Part shown: positions 38,959 through 48,140 of the stretch, piece after piece
Layout: each line of letters starts with the position of its first letter
How positions within the stretch are numbered: position 1 is the first letter of the stretch
Source of the DNA: a virus
Lineage: Duplodnaviria; Caudoviricetes
Strand: one strand, 5' to 3'
IMG/VR virus record: IMGVR_UViG_3300036766_000221
Span: 1-58,172 of that record
DNA length: 58,172 nt
Notes under the pieces: generated by a model
The model's input: only the letters and a program-made list of their open reading frames with translations
The model's database searches: none
Told to the model about the DNA's origin: nothing
Position numbers and translations under genes: made by a program

Positions 38959-39837
38959 TTAGCCTCGCGTCGGTGCCCAATCTTCGACTCGCTCGCTCCA
39001 CAGCAGTTTGTCAACCGCCTGGAGTTTCTGATTTTGCATAGTGACGTCTTTATTCCAGAGAGAAATCAACAGCCGCATGGCCACCTTAATCGCTCCAGGG
39101 ACCTTCGAGGCATCGCCGAATCCAGCGGTGAAGTGAATTTGGACAGCGCGCGGAACATATATGCATGGTGGCCAGTATTGACCCGCTCTCGGAAAAATGC
39201 GCCCGGGCTGATTAGAATTGTCCAGGATGTAATCCGGCTGAGGCGCGGCCGCCCCGCACATCCAGCCCACCGAACCGTCCGCCGTGGTAGCAGTTGGCGT
39301 CGTCGCCCAGATCGGGGCTGCCGCTCCGGTGACGCCCGCCGTTATGCAGATTTGCTGGTTACCATTGCCGTCGCGAATGATCGCATTCAGGGCATACGTC
39401 TCGAAAGCGAACCACATCGGATAACCGATTTGCAGCGATTTCACTTGGCCGGAATCACTAGCGACGTAATTGATGTGGTGCACGTCAATCACAGGCGACC
39501 TCAGAATCTTTATCATCTGCGAATAATTCCAAAGCGTCGTACTGTACCGCGGCAGGCTATAGTAGGCCGGCGGATAAGCCTGCTGGCTAATAATAGTGTC
39601 GGTGTAATACGGGAATGAATCCAGATACTGAACGTAGGATTTGGTAACGAAGCTCCGCCTGGTGAACGTCTCGCAATATTCCCGCGCTGCGATTATCAGT
39701 CCACGCAACCGGGTCGATTCAAGAGCCGATGTGATGTGGTCTGAATCATCCCAAGGTCCAAGACGCAGCTGCGCCTTCACATCGGCCAGAGAAAGCGGCT
39801 CGGACCCGGCCGCCACTTCGACGATGATAGAGGACAT
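38959..39837 (-). CDS. Head-tail connector (gp6-like) with internal insertion
   Basis: EPLSLADVKAQLRL, LI.AAREYCE.FT.R and AVQIHFTAGFG motifs. Confidence 0.8.
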   Translation of the reverse strand: MSSIIVEVAAGSEPLSLADVKAQLRLGPWDDSDHITSALESTRLRGLIIAAREYCETFTRRSFVTKSYVQYLDSFPYYTDTIISQQAYPPAYYSLPRYSTTLWNYSQMIKILRSPVIDVHHINYVASDSGQVKSLQIGYPMWFAFETYALNAIIRDGNGNQQICITAGVTGAAAPIWATTPTATTADGSVGWMCGAAAPQPDYILDNSNQPGRIFPRAGQYWPPCIYVPRAVQIHFTAGFGDASKVPGAIKVAMRLLISLWNKDVTMQNQKLQAVDKLLWSERVEDWAPTRG

Positions 39838-39850
39838 TTTGGGAGTTCGC

Positions 39851-39888
39851 AAAAATTCCGGGGAGGTTCGGAGGATGGCCTCCCCGGA
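39851..39888 (-). terminator. Rho-independent terminator
   Basis: TCCGGGGAGG/CCTCCCCGGA stem followed by ATTTTT. Confidence 0.65.
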
Positions 39889-39912
39889 TCGCGCTATGGA
39901 CGCGGAAGAACG

Positions 39913-40296
39913 TTACGCTACGGTCGCGCCGATGCCCGCGAGGGTGTACCAATCGCCGTTATAGGCAATCAGGTCTGTGGCACTGCCTTTGTTTGCCGCG
40001 AATGTGATCGTTCCAGAGCTGCCCTTGCCATTGAAGCCACGAACCGAAGATGTGATTACATGCGCCGCCGCAGTGATTGAAACGATCTGCAGTATGCGGC
40101 CGTCATCGCCGCCTGCCGAAGGCAACCCGGCCGTAGGTGCCGCCAGGGCGATGGCGGCAGCAGAGCTTTTCGACAAAACTACTCTGCCTTTTTTGATCGC
40201 AATCGTTGCATCTCCGGCATCGACTTCCAGCGCCGAATCGAGGGCAGCGATTGAGGTCCCTGCGTCGGGAGACGTTGTTTTTAGTTCAAGAGCCAT
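39913..40296 (-). CDS. Putative head decoration/structural protein
   Basis: Small Ala/Gly/Thr-rich protein downstream of the capsid gene. Confidence 0.55.
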   Translation of the reverse strand: MALELKTTSPDAGTSIAALDSALEVDAGDATIAIKKGRVVLSKSSAAAIALAAPTAGLPSAGGDDGRILQIVSITAAAHVITSSVRGFNGKGSSGTITFAANKGSATDLIAYNGDWYTLAGIGATVA

Positions 40297-40308
40297 TGTA
40301 TTTTCCCC

Positions 40309-40518
40309 TTATCTCTTTTCGCGCATGTGCGCTTTGGTTTGGGCCGTTCCCGGCGCCGGTTGCCTTGCGGCCTGCTTGTCTTCCAACAGGTCGCCGATTC
40401 GTTTGAGTTCGCTGAGGATGTCCACCAGAACCGGAGCTTGCCGATCTTTCCCGGCACAAACGTGAATCGTGCCGAGAGGGATTTTACCTCCGCAAATGGT
40501 GCAGGTGTTTTGAGCCAT
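40309..40518 (-). CDS. Small hypothetical protein (CxxC...HxC)
   Basis: ORF in the head operon. Confidence 0.55.
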   Translation of the reverse strand: MAQNTCTICGGKIPLGTIHVCAGKDRQAPVLVDILSELKRIGDLLEDKQAARQPAPGTAQTKAHMREKR

Positions 40519-40607
40519 ATTTGTTTCCAGATAGCCTGGGCCGCGGTTGCCGCGCGGCCCATTTTTCGCGTCGCGTCAGTTCGACGACAACGTGTCAGGC
40601 ATCGCGA

Positions 40608-41873
40608 TTAGGCGTGCTGAGTCAAGTATTTGACTGGATGCGTTGCGGGATCCAGGAGATTCCCGTCGTATCTCGCAAACCCGACAAATGCCACCTGACC
40701 TTGGTCCGCATAGCGCTCAATCAGGCGCAACACAGCCAGTTCGCGAACACGCCGGATCAGGTATTTGTCCAGCAGGCCGAAGGCCACGGTTTTTTTGCTG
40801 GCCGCCAATTGATCCATGTCGTTGTTGATCGAGTATGGATAGCCGTTGATCGTGTCGGGAGCATTGGTCGCCATGCCGGGCACCCAGAGCGGGCGACCGT
40901 ATTTGTCTTTGAGTTGCTTCAGGAACCGCAGTGTCGTGTCGTGGAACATGAACTTAGCACCACGGCGATAAAGGATGTCCACACTGTGCTCTAGGGCAAC
41001 GAGATCGAGGTAGCCGACTTCGACCGTGGGCGCCGGAGTAGTCGCGTTGTCGTCGCCAGTTACAGTCACGCCAGAAGACGCAGCCGCCGTGATGATGCCC
41101 TTTGGTTCCGCAGTGCCCGTGCCAACTGTAAACTTGGTGTTCAGGACGCGGCCCAGACGAATGGAGAACTGCTCTTTTAGGAAGCTTTCGATGTCAAATG
41201 CGCTGTCCTGAAGCAGTTCCATCGAGACCTTCACCATTTTGGTGGAGAACTTGTAGGCGCCAAACACGATGCTGCCCAGCGTTACATCACCAATTGTGAC
41301 CTGCACGTTTTCGCCAACGAGTTCACCAGTGGTCCCGGTATCGTCAGAGATCGGGTAAGGCAGTGGCTGCCCAGTTGCCGTGTTCATGATCTTGGCAACG
41401 TTGAGCATATCGCCGTAATACTTCATGCCTTGCTCAATCTCGTTCACGAATGCTACCGGGACGAAGTACCCGCCGCCGGAGCCCTGAAGGGCGTTGCCGC
41501 CGCCGGTTCCCATGTCGCGGTATTCGGACAGGACTTTGCGCTCTTCATCGGTGATCTCATCCTTGCCGTGGATGAGATAACTACGAAACGCCTTTTGATG
41601 CTTTTGCTTTCTCTCTTCCTGCTGCTCCGCTTCGGTTCCCTTCGCGCCGCCAGGCTGTTCGGTTTCGGGAGGTTTGCGGCTGGCCCGCAATTCCGTATCG
41701 AGCGCGTTTGACTTCTCTTCACGGACGATCTCTTCTTTCAGGGCTTCCTGTTCAACGTCCATGGCGTCGAATTTCGTTTGATTTTCGGCAGACATTCTGC
41801 CTTCTTTGGGGATGAGCGCTTGCATGTCGGCGGCAAGTTTTCCGCGCTGCTCACGCTTTTCTTTTAGCGTCAT
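40608..41873 (-). CDS. HK97-fold major capsid protein
   Basis: Coiled delta domain; GGYFVP, VSMELLQDS and GTGTAEPKGI motifs. Confidence 0.95.
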   Translation of the reverse strand: MTLKEKREQRGKLAADMQALIPKEGRMSAENQTKFDAMDVEQEALKEEIVREEKSNALDTELRASRKPPETEQPGGAKGTEAEQQEERKQKHQKAFRSYLIHGKDEITDEERKVLSEYRDMGTGGGNALQGSGGGYFVPVAFVNEIEQGMKYYGDMLNVAKIMNTATGQPLPYPISDDTGTTGELVGENVQVTIGDVTLGSIVFGAYKFSTKMVKVSMELLQDSAFDIESFLKEQFSIRLGRVLNTKFTVGTGTAEPKGIITAAASSGVTVTGDDNATTPAPTVEVGYLDLVALEHSVDILYRRGAKFMFHDTTLRFLKQLKDKYGRPLWVPGMATNAPDTINGYPYSINNDMDQLAASKKTVAFGLLDKYLIRRVRELAVLRLIERYADQGQVAFVGFARYDGNLLDPATHPVKYLTQHA

Positions 41874-41984
41874 AGCGATGTCTCCTGTGTGATTTGGGAT
41901 TCACTGCACGCACGCCAGTCAGCCGCCGGTTTGGCGAGGACTGCTACGCATCTGCCAGGAAGGCAGGGCACTACGAAACTGTTT

Positions 41985-43025
41985 TTAGAGAGAAGCGAGA
42001 ATGGCTCGCGCACGCAAACGGCGGCGCTCATCTTGACTTGAGTCCGGTTGAAATTCCGCAAACTGCTCAGCGGTCAACTTATATTTTGCGCTGTTCTCTT
42101 CGGTAACTTCGATATCGTGTTCTTTGCAGAGTGAGACGAGTTTGCTCCAGGATGCGGCCTTGCTCTCTTCGCTCACACCTTTCAGCTGCTTGAACCGCGC
42201 CAAGGCGTTTTGCAAGTGCGCTTTGGTTTTCTCGTCTGTCGAGAATTTCCACGGCAGCTTCCATGAGCGAATATCCGCGAGACCTCCGACGATCAGAAAT
42301 GCCGCCGCCGGCAGGTCTTCATCGTCCGCCCGTTTGGTCACGGCTTTGGGCTGCGCGCTTCGATCATGCCCTTCACAGTTAACGTCCTCACAGTCTTCGT
42401 TGGTGCAATTCTCGCAATCGCCGTCTTGGCACTCGGGGCACTCACACTCGCAGCTTGCATTGCGTAGCTGTTTAGACCGACGCTCAAGATCATCGGGCAT
42501 GCCATGGGGCCAGAGAGAACGCACGGAGCTGGACGTCGCTGTGCTTGCGGGGGATACGACAGGACTGACGTCATACAAATCGGCATCGAGAATCTTGCGG
42601 GTCGCGCTGACAAAGTTGCCCTTGTCGTCAAACTCGTCGGCCCACTCATCTTTGCGAGCAACGAAGCCAAATGAGGACCCATCGACGTCGCCGCGTTCAA
42701 TGGCGTCTACAACAAACTGGGACCGCTCGTTGGCCGCCGGCTGGCAGTCGTAAGCCAGTCCAATATTGTCTTCGCTCACGGAAAGCGTCTTGGGTGTGCG
42801 GCCAAGGATGAAATTGTCGTCGTGATTGAAAAAGCATCGAACGGCCGCGCCTTCAGCTAGTGTGCGCTTGAACGCGCCGGGTGCAACGACTTCCTTGAAC
42901 CAGCCGACATCGTAGACCACGTTGAACACGGAGGCGTAACCTTTGATGTGAGCCGCGGAGCCATCGGTGCCTCGAATCAATCGGACATCTCCCTTGATTT
43001 GGCGCCGCTCCAGTTTGTCTTTCAT
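41985..43025 (-). CDS. HK97 prohead protease with C-terminal Cys-rich and extra helical domains
   Basis: GYASVF, E.VAPGAF, FNHD, GSSFGF and DVSPV motifs. Confidence 0.92.
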   Translation of the reverse strand: MKDKLERRQIKGDVRLIRGTDGSAAHIKGYASVFNVVYDVGWFKEVVAPGAFKRTLAEGAAVRCFFNHDDNFILGRTPKTLSVSEDNIGLAYDCQPAANERSQFVVDAIERGDVDGSSFGFVARKDEWADEFDDKGNFVSATRKILDADLYDVSPVVSPASTATSSSVRSLWPHGMPDDLERRSKQLRNASCECECPECQDGDCENCTNEDCEDVNCEGHDRSAQPKAVTKRADDEDLPAAAFLIVGGLADIRSWKLPWKFSTDEKTKAHLQNALARFKQLKGVSEESKAASWSKLVSLCKEHDIEVTEENSAKYKLTAEQFAEFQPDSSQDERRRLRARAILASL

Positions 43026-44958
43026 TGGATTGCCTCCTGGCTCGGCTTTGCCGTGCCGTTCTGACGCGCGGCCGCTCGGACCGCGTTGATTGCCATCCTG
43101 AATTCGTTATCGAGCACATCATCGCTGACCTTTGCGCCGGCGAGACGCTTGTGCATCCCGGAAATGTAGACGCCGATGCGGTCCTGAACCTCAGGCGGAG
43201 CCATAGCCTCTTCGGTCGATGCAAAAGCGGCATCCGCAATCGTCATAAGAATCGGCGCGAAAGCCCGGTGAAAGTCCCTTGCATCCGGCTTATTCAGTGC
43301 CTGAAGCCGATTAAAGGCATCGGTAAAGAGCCTTGAATAGCGCTGGGCTGCCTTGTCATCCGCTGCGGGAGAGTTGGGCTCAGCCGTCTGCCCGTCTCCC
43401 GGCTTAGCTGCAAGCGGATGCGCGGCGTCTTGCATGTTGACCGGCATCCAATAAGTTTCCCCAGCCGGACCTTTGATAGGATTCCAATCTAGGAAAAATT
43501 CCCGGATGTCATCCGAATTAGCTATGCCCCACTGTTTCAGAAGGGCAATCAACTTGCCTCGCGATTCCGCATCTGGCGTCAGCAGATCCTGGTAATAGAA
43601 ACCTGGAAAATACTTCCCAGCAGTCCGACCGGTCTTGGGGAATAGCTTGCGCTTTAGTTCCGGCTCCCAGGCTTTGATCCATGGACGCAGGGTATATTGA
43701 ACGAACTCAATCGCTTCCTGCTCCGCAGTCGCCCGATTCGACTTCCCGCCTTCGCCGAGCATACGCTCCGGGACATGAAAAATAGCGCCAATTTCCTGGC
43801 GCTGATGAACGCGCGTTTCCAAAAATTGCGCCTCGTTTGGCTTTACATCAGACTGATGCCAAGTCATCCCGGTTTCGAGCACCATCGGCGTCAGCATGTT
43901 TTCGCCACCTTGGGACTCACGAAGGGACTGTTTGAATGCCTGAATGGCTTCGGGCTTCATCGTGTTCGGTAATTCAACAACGCCGGTAGGCCGAATGCCA
44001 TTGGCGAAGAACTTGCCGGCAAACTTTTCAGTGGCGAGCGACAGACCCATGACCTGGCGCGACAGTTCAACGACGGATTTCGCCAGACGGCCATCGAGTG
44101 AAAGCCCCAGAACATGGAGCATGTTGTCGGCTGATATCAGCCGCTCGGGAGAAGTCCCAGCGCCTCCAAGCCCGGCGCCATCGGTTGTCGTATAAACCAG
44201 TGCTCCCCGTTCCAGCTTTTCATCCCCAACGGTTTGTGCCTCGGTCAAGCGTCGCGGACGTGTGGCATTCGGATCCCTCGGCCAAAGTCCCTTAATGCGA
44301 TTCGCTTGGTCTCTTTCGATTTCTGCATAAGCATTGCCCCACAGGAGCGCGTGGCATTGCAGCGTCTTCATGAACGTGAACCCGGTCATTTCCTTGTTGG
44401 GTTCGTCGTGGAGAATCCAATGAAGATCCTGATCAAAGGCGAGACGCTTGCCGCGCGGCTCCAGTTGCTCGTAGACGTTAAGGTCGAGAGACCCTATGCC
44501 GCCAGAGATCAGATCCACGCAGGTGTAGACCGTTGAAACTTGGAGCGCGGTGAGTTCGGAAACGCGGATACCGGCATCCGTCCGGCCACCGTTGAATCAC
44601 ATTGTTGCGCGGCGCCCGCATCCGACGACGCTCTGCATGTTCCCATGCAGATCAGACTATATCTTCAGTTCGTACACGAACCGCCGCGCGCTTCGGAGTC
44701 GCTGACTCCTACTCCCTCTCGGGATAGTCGTTACACCTTCCCCGGATTTTATCGGGGCTTGGCTCGGTATTGGCCGGTCTGGCGTTCCACCGAGTTCACG
44801 CGGTTACGACACATTCAACTGTTTTGGTTTATGTCGAGTAACCATTCTGCTGGGACATGATATTTATCGAATGGTCACTGCTGTCCCTCCCAGAATTGTT
44901 AGGACAGTGGAGTTGCAGGATTTTCCAAACTACTGCGGAACTGCTTTAAGAAGCCCGT
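43022..44958 (-). CDS. HK97-family portal protein, three exons: join(44958..44901, 44855..44831, 44597..43022), about 552 aa
   Basis: Spliced N-terminus reads GFLKQFRSSLENPATPLS-F-PAEWLLD-I-FNGGRTDAGIRVSELTALQVSTVYTCVDLI, in frame with portal motifs (LLWGNAYA, KFFANG.RP, EAQFLETR). Confidence 0.88.
44598..44830 (-). ncRNA. Group I intron (233 nt, IA-like, no ORF) in the portal gene
   Basis: P1 CGACAU/GUGUCG with U.G; P10 GUUGAAU/AUUCAAC; P3 CCGCGUG/CGCGCGG; P4 CUCGGU/ACCGAG; P7 GACUA/UAGUC; S element AAGAUAUAGUC; P7.1, P7.2, P8, P9; terminal G. Confidence 0.93.
44856..44900 (-). ncRNA. 45-nt core-less group-I-like mini-intron
   Basis: 5' exon ends in U and intron ends in G; P1 CUGUCCU/GGGACAG; P10 CUGGGA/UCCCAG; two in-frame stops; removal restores the portal frame. 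Confidence 0.8.
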
Positions 44959-45428
44959 ATTGTCCTCCCTTCTCCGCTCGCTTTCTTCAAGCGCATCGAA
45001 CGGTTCTTGCTCATTTTGCGCAGCGATTCTTCTGAATGCCGTTTACCTGCATGGCCTCGCGTGCCCGGCTTACCAAACATTGGATTACCAGCCCCACTAA
45101 ACTGCACGCGCAGCTTCTCGCGTCTCGCTTCCGAGATGCCGAACCCGCCCGGCTCCATGTTGTACCCGTGGAGATAATCACAGGACCGATGCACGGCAAT
45201 CAGCGCCGTCTCCTTAGCATTCAGTTCGACATCTGTTTCAGCGGCTTCGATCTGCTCAATCGTGAATGCGTCGGGTCCGTGCTTGCGGATTGCCTGATGA
45301 ATCCGCCACTCGCTGCCGTGGCGCGCAGAATAAACATGGTCGCTCCATCTCCCCTTCAGGCCATTCTTGGTCTGCCCGACATACACCTTGCCGTTCAGCG
45401 TGTTGCGGATCAGATAGATGATGCCCAT
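44946..45428 (-). CDS. Free-standing GIY-YIG homing endonuclease with NUMOD3-like motifs
   Basis: GIIYLIRN..NGKVYVGQT, GYNM..GG, GNPMFGK and GKRHSEES motifs. Confidence 0.92.
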   Translation of the reverse strand: MGIIYLIRNTLNGKVYVGQTKNGLKGRWSDHVYSARHGSEWRIHQAIRKHGPDAFTIEQIEAAETDVELNAKETALIAVHRSCDYLHGYNMEPGGFGISEARREKLRVQFSGAGNPMFGKPGTRGHAGKRHSEESLRKMSKNRSMRLKKASGEGRTIRAS

Positions 45429-45438
45429 GTCTCTAGTT

Positions 45439-45597
45439 TTATTTCGCCGTCACGTACGCATACGCGAACAGCATCGCGCCCGTCAGCAGAATCGCCGCCG
45501 TCAGCGACATGCGAGACGTGCCGTAAACGATGAGTGCCAGGCCGATGGCTCCGACCGCATCTGAGGCCACCAGCGTGGAGCGTGGGAGCTTTTTCAC
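45439..45597 (-). CDS. Small two-TM protein between terminase and portal
   Basis: Hydrophobic; GTG overlaps the terminase stop. Confidence 0.7.
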   Translation of the reverse strand: MKKLPRSTLVASDAVGAIGLALIVYGTSRMSLTAAILLTGAMLFAYAYVTAK

Positions 45598-47198
45598 AGC
45601 ACCACCGGCCCGTGATCGAAGATGCTGGGCGTCCAAGTAGGCGGCGCCACAATTGCCCGGGACATAGCCATAATCAGCGCCACAATTCCGTCAATCCTCT
45701 TCCCGGACTTATTACGGTCTGGCTTGACCGGTCTGACATTGCCGTTCTCGTCCTGGCGGATTGACACACAGTCCGCCATCCAGCGCAATACGGGATTCCC
45801 GCCATGGCTGATTCGATGGCTCACTATGGCTGAAAGCAGTTCCTTGGTGGGCTCAGATAGGGTCCGGTAGCCCTGTCGTATCTCCACCATTTCAAAACCA
45901 TCTTCCTGAAGCTCCTGCGCGAGATGCGCAGCGTTCCATGGGTCAAATCCTACTTGTCCAATTCGCAACCCGCCCACGTCGCGTAGTTCGATCAGCCGTC
46001 GGCGAACGGAAGCGTAGTCTACTACGTTACCCTCGGTGAGCGTCAGCAAGCCTCGGTCCGCCCAGGCTCGATACTTCGTAAATTCCTGGTTTGGACGATC
46101 CCGCAGATTATCCGCAGGCAACCAGAACCATGGCCTAACGTGAAAACTTCCATTATCGTCGCGCGCCACTAGCACCAGCGCCGTAATATCCAGTTTCGTG
46201 GAAAGATCGATCGCCGCATACCAGGACAAATTCTTGACGTCGCGAATATCGACTACCTTGGCGCCGGCGTCCCAGTCCGTCATATCGATGGCCCTGGTTT
46301 CCTGGTTGACCCACTGATTGAGCCTCAGCCGGCGGAACGTGTTCTGCTGTTCTGGGCGTCTTCGCGCGTCGTCGAATTCCTTGCGGATGTCCTCGATCCG
46401 CATCAAACCGTTCTGCAGAAACGGATTGACGGCTGTCCAGACTTCCTCGCTCGTCCAATCGTCTTTCTCTTCGGCCGCGTACATCACCACGTAAAGATGG
46501 TCCGGGCAGGGAATGACGCCCCTCAAGATTTGATCCGCCTCGTCGTGGAGCATCTCCGCAACGGGAGCCTCTCCAGGAATTCCGGCCGTCGTGATGGCAA
46601 ACGTCAAGGGCTGCGACCTGGCCGCGCCAGCGCCGAACGTCAGCACATCCCAGAGGTCCATGTTTTTCTGCGCGTGGACCTCGTCGAAAATGACGCCGTG
46701 GGAGTTGAAACCATGCTTCCCAGCGACCTTGGAAGTCAGGGCACGGTAATAGCTCTCTGACCCCGGAACGACGATCCGCTTGGTGGAGTCCCATATTTTC
46801 GAACGCTTCAGCAGTTTTGGATTGTGCCGCACCATCGAAGCGGCGACCCCAAACACAATGCCGGCCTGGGTGATGTCCGCCGCAGCGCCGTAGATTTCCG
46901 CGCCCGCTTCTGAATCCGCGAATAGGAGCTTGAGAGCAATCCCGGCAGCCTCTTCGGATTTTCCATTTTTTTTAGGAATTTCCTTAAATACCTGTCGAAT
47001 GAGTCGGTTACCGTTCTCGTCCATCCGCCCAAATATTTCCCGGATGTCCAGCTCTTGGTCTTTTGTCGGGTTGAATGGCGCTCCGGCATATCGACCCTTC
47101 GTATGGCGCAGCTCATCTCGAAAGAAGGCGATGGCACGATCCGCGGCGCGCTCGTCAAATCGGCAACCGGCTGGACGTTCAAGTCTGACCTGTCGCAC
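45594..47198 (-). CDS. terL: Terminase large subunit
   Basis: HTKG..AG, PKKNGKS, VIFDEVH, ITTAG, IDLS..D and KRIDG motifs. Confidence 0.95.
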   Translation of the reverse strand: MRQVRLERPAGCRFDERAADRAIAFFRDELRHTKGRYAGAPFNPTKDQELDIREIFGRMDENGNRLIRQVFKEIPKKNGKSEEAAGIALKLLFADSEAGAEIYGAAADITQAGIVFGVAASMVRHNPKLLKRSKIWDSTKRIVVPGSESYYRALTSKVAGKHGFNSHGVIFDEVHAQKNMDLWDVLTFGAGAARSQPLTFAITTAGIPGEAPVAEMLHDEADQILRGVIPCPDHLYVVMYAAEEKDDWTSEEVWTAVNPFLQNGLMRIEDIRKEFDDARRRPEQQNTFRRLRLNQWVNQETRAIDMTDWDAGAKVVDIRDVKNLSWYAAIDLSTKLDITALVLVARDDNGSFHVRPWFWLPADNLRDRPNQEFTKYRAWADRGLLTLTEGNVVDYASVRRRLIELRDVGGLRIGQVGFDPWNAAHLAQELQEDGFEMVEIRQGYRTLSEPTKELLSAIVSHRISHGGNPVLRWMADCVSIRQDENGNVRPVKPDRNKSGKRIDGIVALIMAMSRAIVAPPTWTPSIFDHGPVVL

Positions 47199-47201
47199 AC
47201 G

Positions 47202-47681
47202 TTAATTCGGCCTCGCTGTCGGGCTGAGCGGGTACCAGTTTCCATCAAGGGTATCGGTTGGGGCATCGGAGGCTTTTGGCTTGCCACCAGCAAACAGCCT
47301 AGCTCTGTCGGCCTGCGTCATGCCAAACTTGGCAGCAATCTGGCCGAACATCGCCGCGTTATCCAACCACACCCGATCAGCCGGGTTGCGCTGCCCTTTT
47401 CGGACCGTCCCCTCGCGCTTCAGTCGTCCCAAAGCGCGCATCGCTATGCCCCAACTGGCACTCATAACCACGATCATGGGCTCATCAAGCACCGATGCTG
47501 ACCCGAGCAACCTGAGCCGAGGCACAAAGTCTCGATAAAACTCTGCGGCTTCCTTGGTCAGATACGCCGGCGTGGACCCGAGTTCTATCTTTGGAAGCTC
47601 TGGCTCATCCGGAATCGGGCGACGACCAGGATTTCCCTCAAGAATCCGCTGCGCGGTCGGTTTTCTAGGTCTGCCCGCCAT
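47202..47681 (-). CDS. terS: Terminase small subunit (P27 family)
   Basis: GRPRKPT...LEGNPGRR, P.YL...A, NPA and FGMT.ADR motifs. Confidence 0.9.
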   Translation of the reverse strand: MAGRPRKPTAQRILEGNPGRRPIPDEPELPKIELGSTPAYLTKEAAEFYRDFVPRLRLLGSASVLDEPMIVVMSASWGIAMRALGRLKREGTVRKGQRNPADRVWLDNAAMFGQIAAKFGMTQADRARLFAGGKPKASDAPTDTLDGNWYPLSPTARPN

Positions 47682-47746
47682 AAGATTTACTAATAAGTCC
47701 CGATTTTGCGAACCCTACCATTTTGCGCCCTCGCGCGGAGCATTGG

Positions 47747-48139
47747 TTAACGGGCAAGGGAGTTGAACGGCTGAGCACCGCGAGACCCATATCCCCATGT
47801 CCGCCAGAACGCGGCTATTTCAGCGCGAGTTTTCTTTGAATGGCACGACTTGCAGAGCCCTTGCAGGTTGTCGAGTGACCACGCATCACCACCAGACCTA
47901 ATGGGCTTGACGTGGTCCACATCGGTACTGGCTTCTCTACCACACGCACGGCACAGCACGTCACGCCCGAGTACAATCGATCGCAGCCTAAGCCAGCGTG
48001 TGCTGCTGGTCTGCATCTTAAGTGGGTCATCACGTCTTGCCTGGTCATACTCTGCTCCATGCCTGTTGCTGTGGGTGGCGCAGTTGGAAAGGTTGGGGCA
48101 GCCATAGGTATGACAGGGAGACAGGGGACGAACGGGCAT
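47747..48139 (-). CDS. HNH endonuclease (cos-packaging associated)
   Basis: C..C...DVDHVKP...GG.....NLQGLCKSCHSKKT; next to terS. Confidence 0.9.
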   Translation of the reverse strand: MPVRPLSPCHTYGCPNLSNCATHSNRHGAEYDQARRDDPLKMQTSSTRWLRLRSIVLGRDVLCRACGREASTDVDHVKPIRSGGDAWSLDNLQGLCKSCHSKKTRAEIAAFWRTWGYGSRGAQPFNSLAR

Positions 48140-48140
48140 A

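Noticed and set aside
40538-40566. GC hairpin after the capsid gene as a terminator
   Set aside because: The U-tract is on the plus strand, opposite to transcription; role unclear
44856-44900. T4 gene 60-style ribosomal bypass (TCC take-off before TAA, TCC landing)
   Set aside because: Landing on the matching TCC resumes in the wrong frame, whereas splicing at U/G restores it
44955-45420. GIY-YIG gene lying inside a third intron, with the portal using its ATG
   Set aside because: An in-frame join (ATGGGCAT^CTTCTTA) is possible, but I found no convincing P1 or P10 pairing
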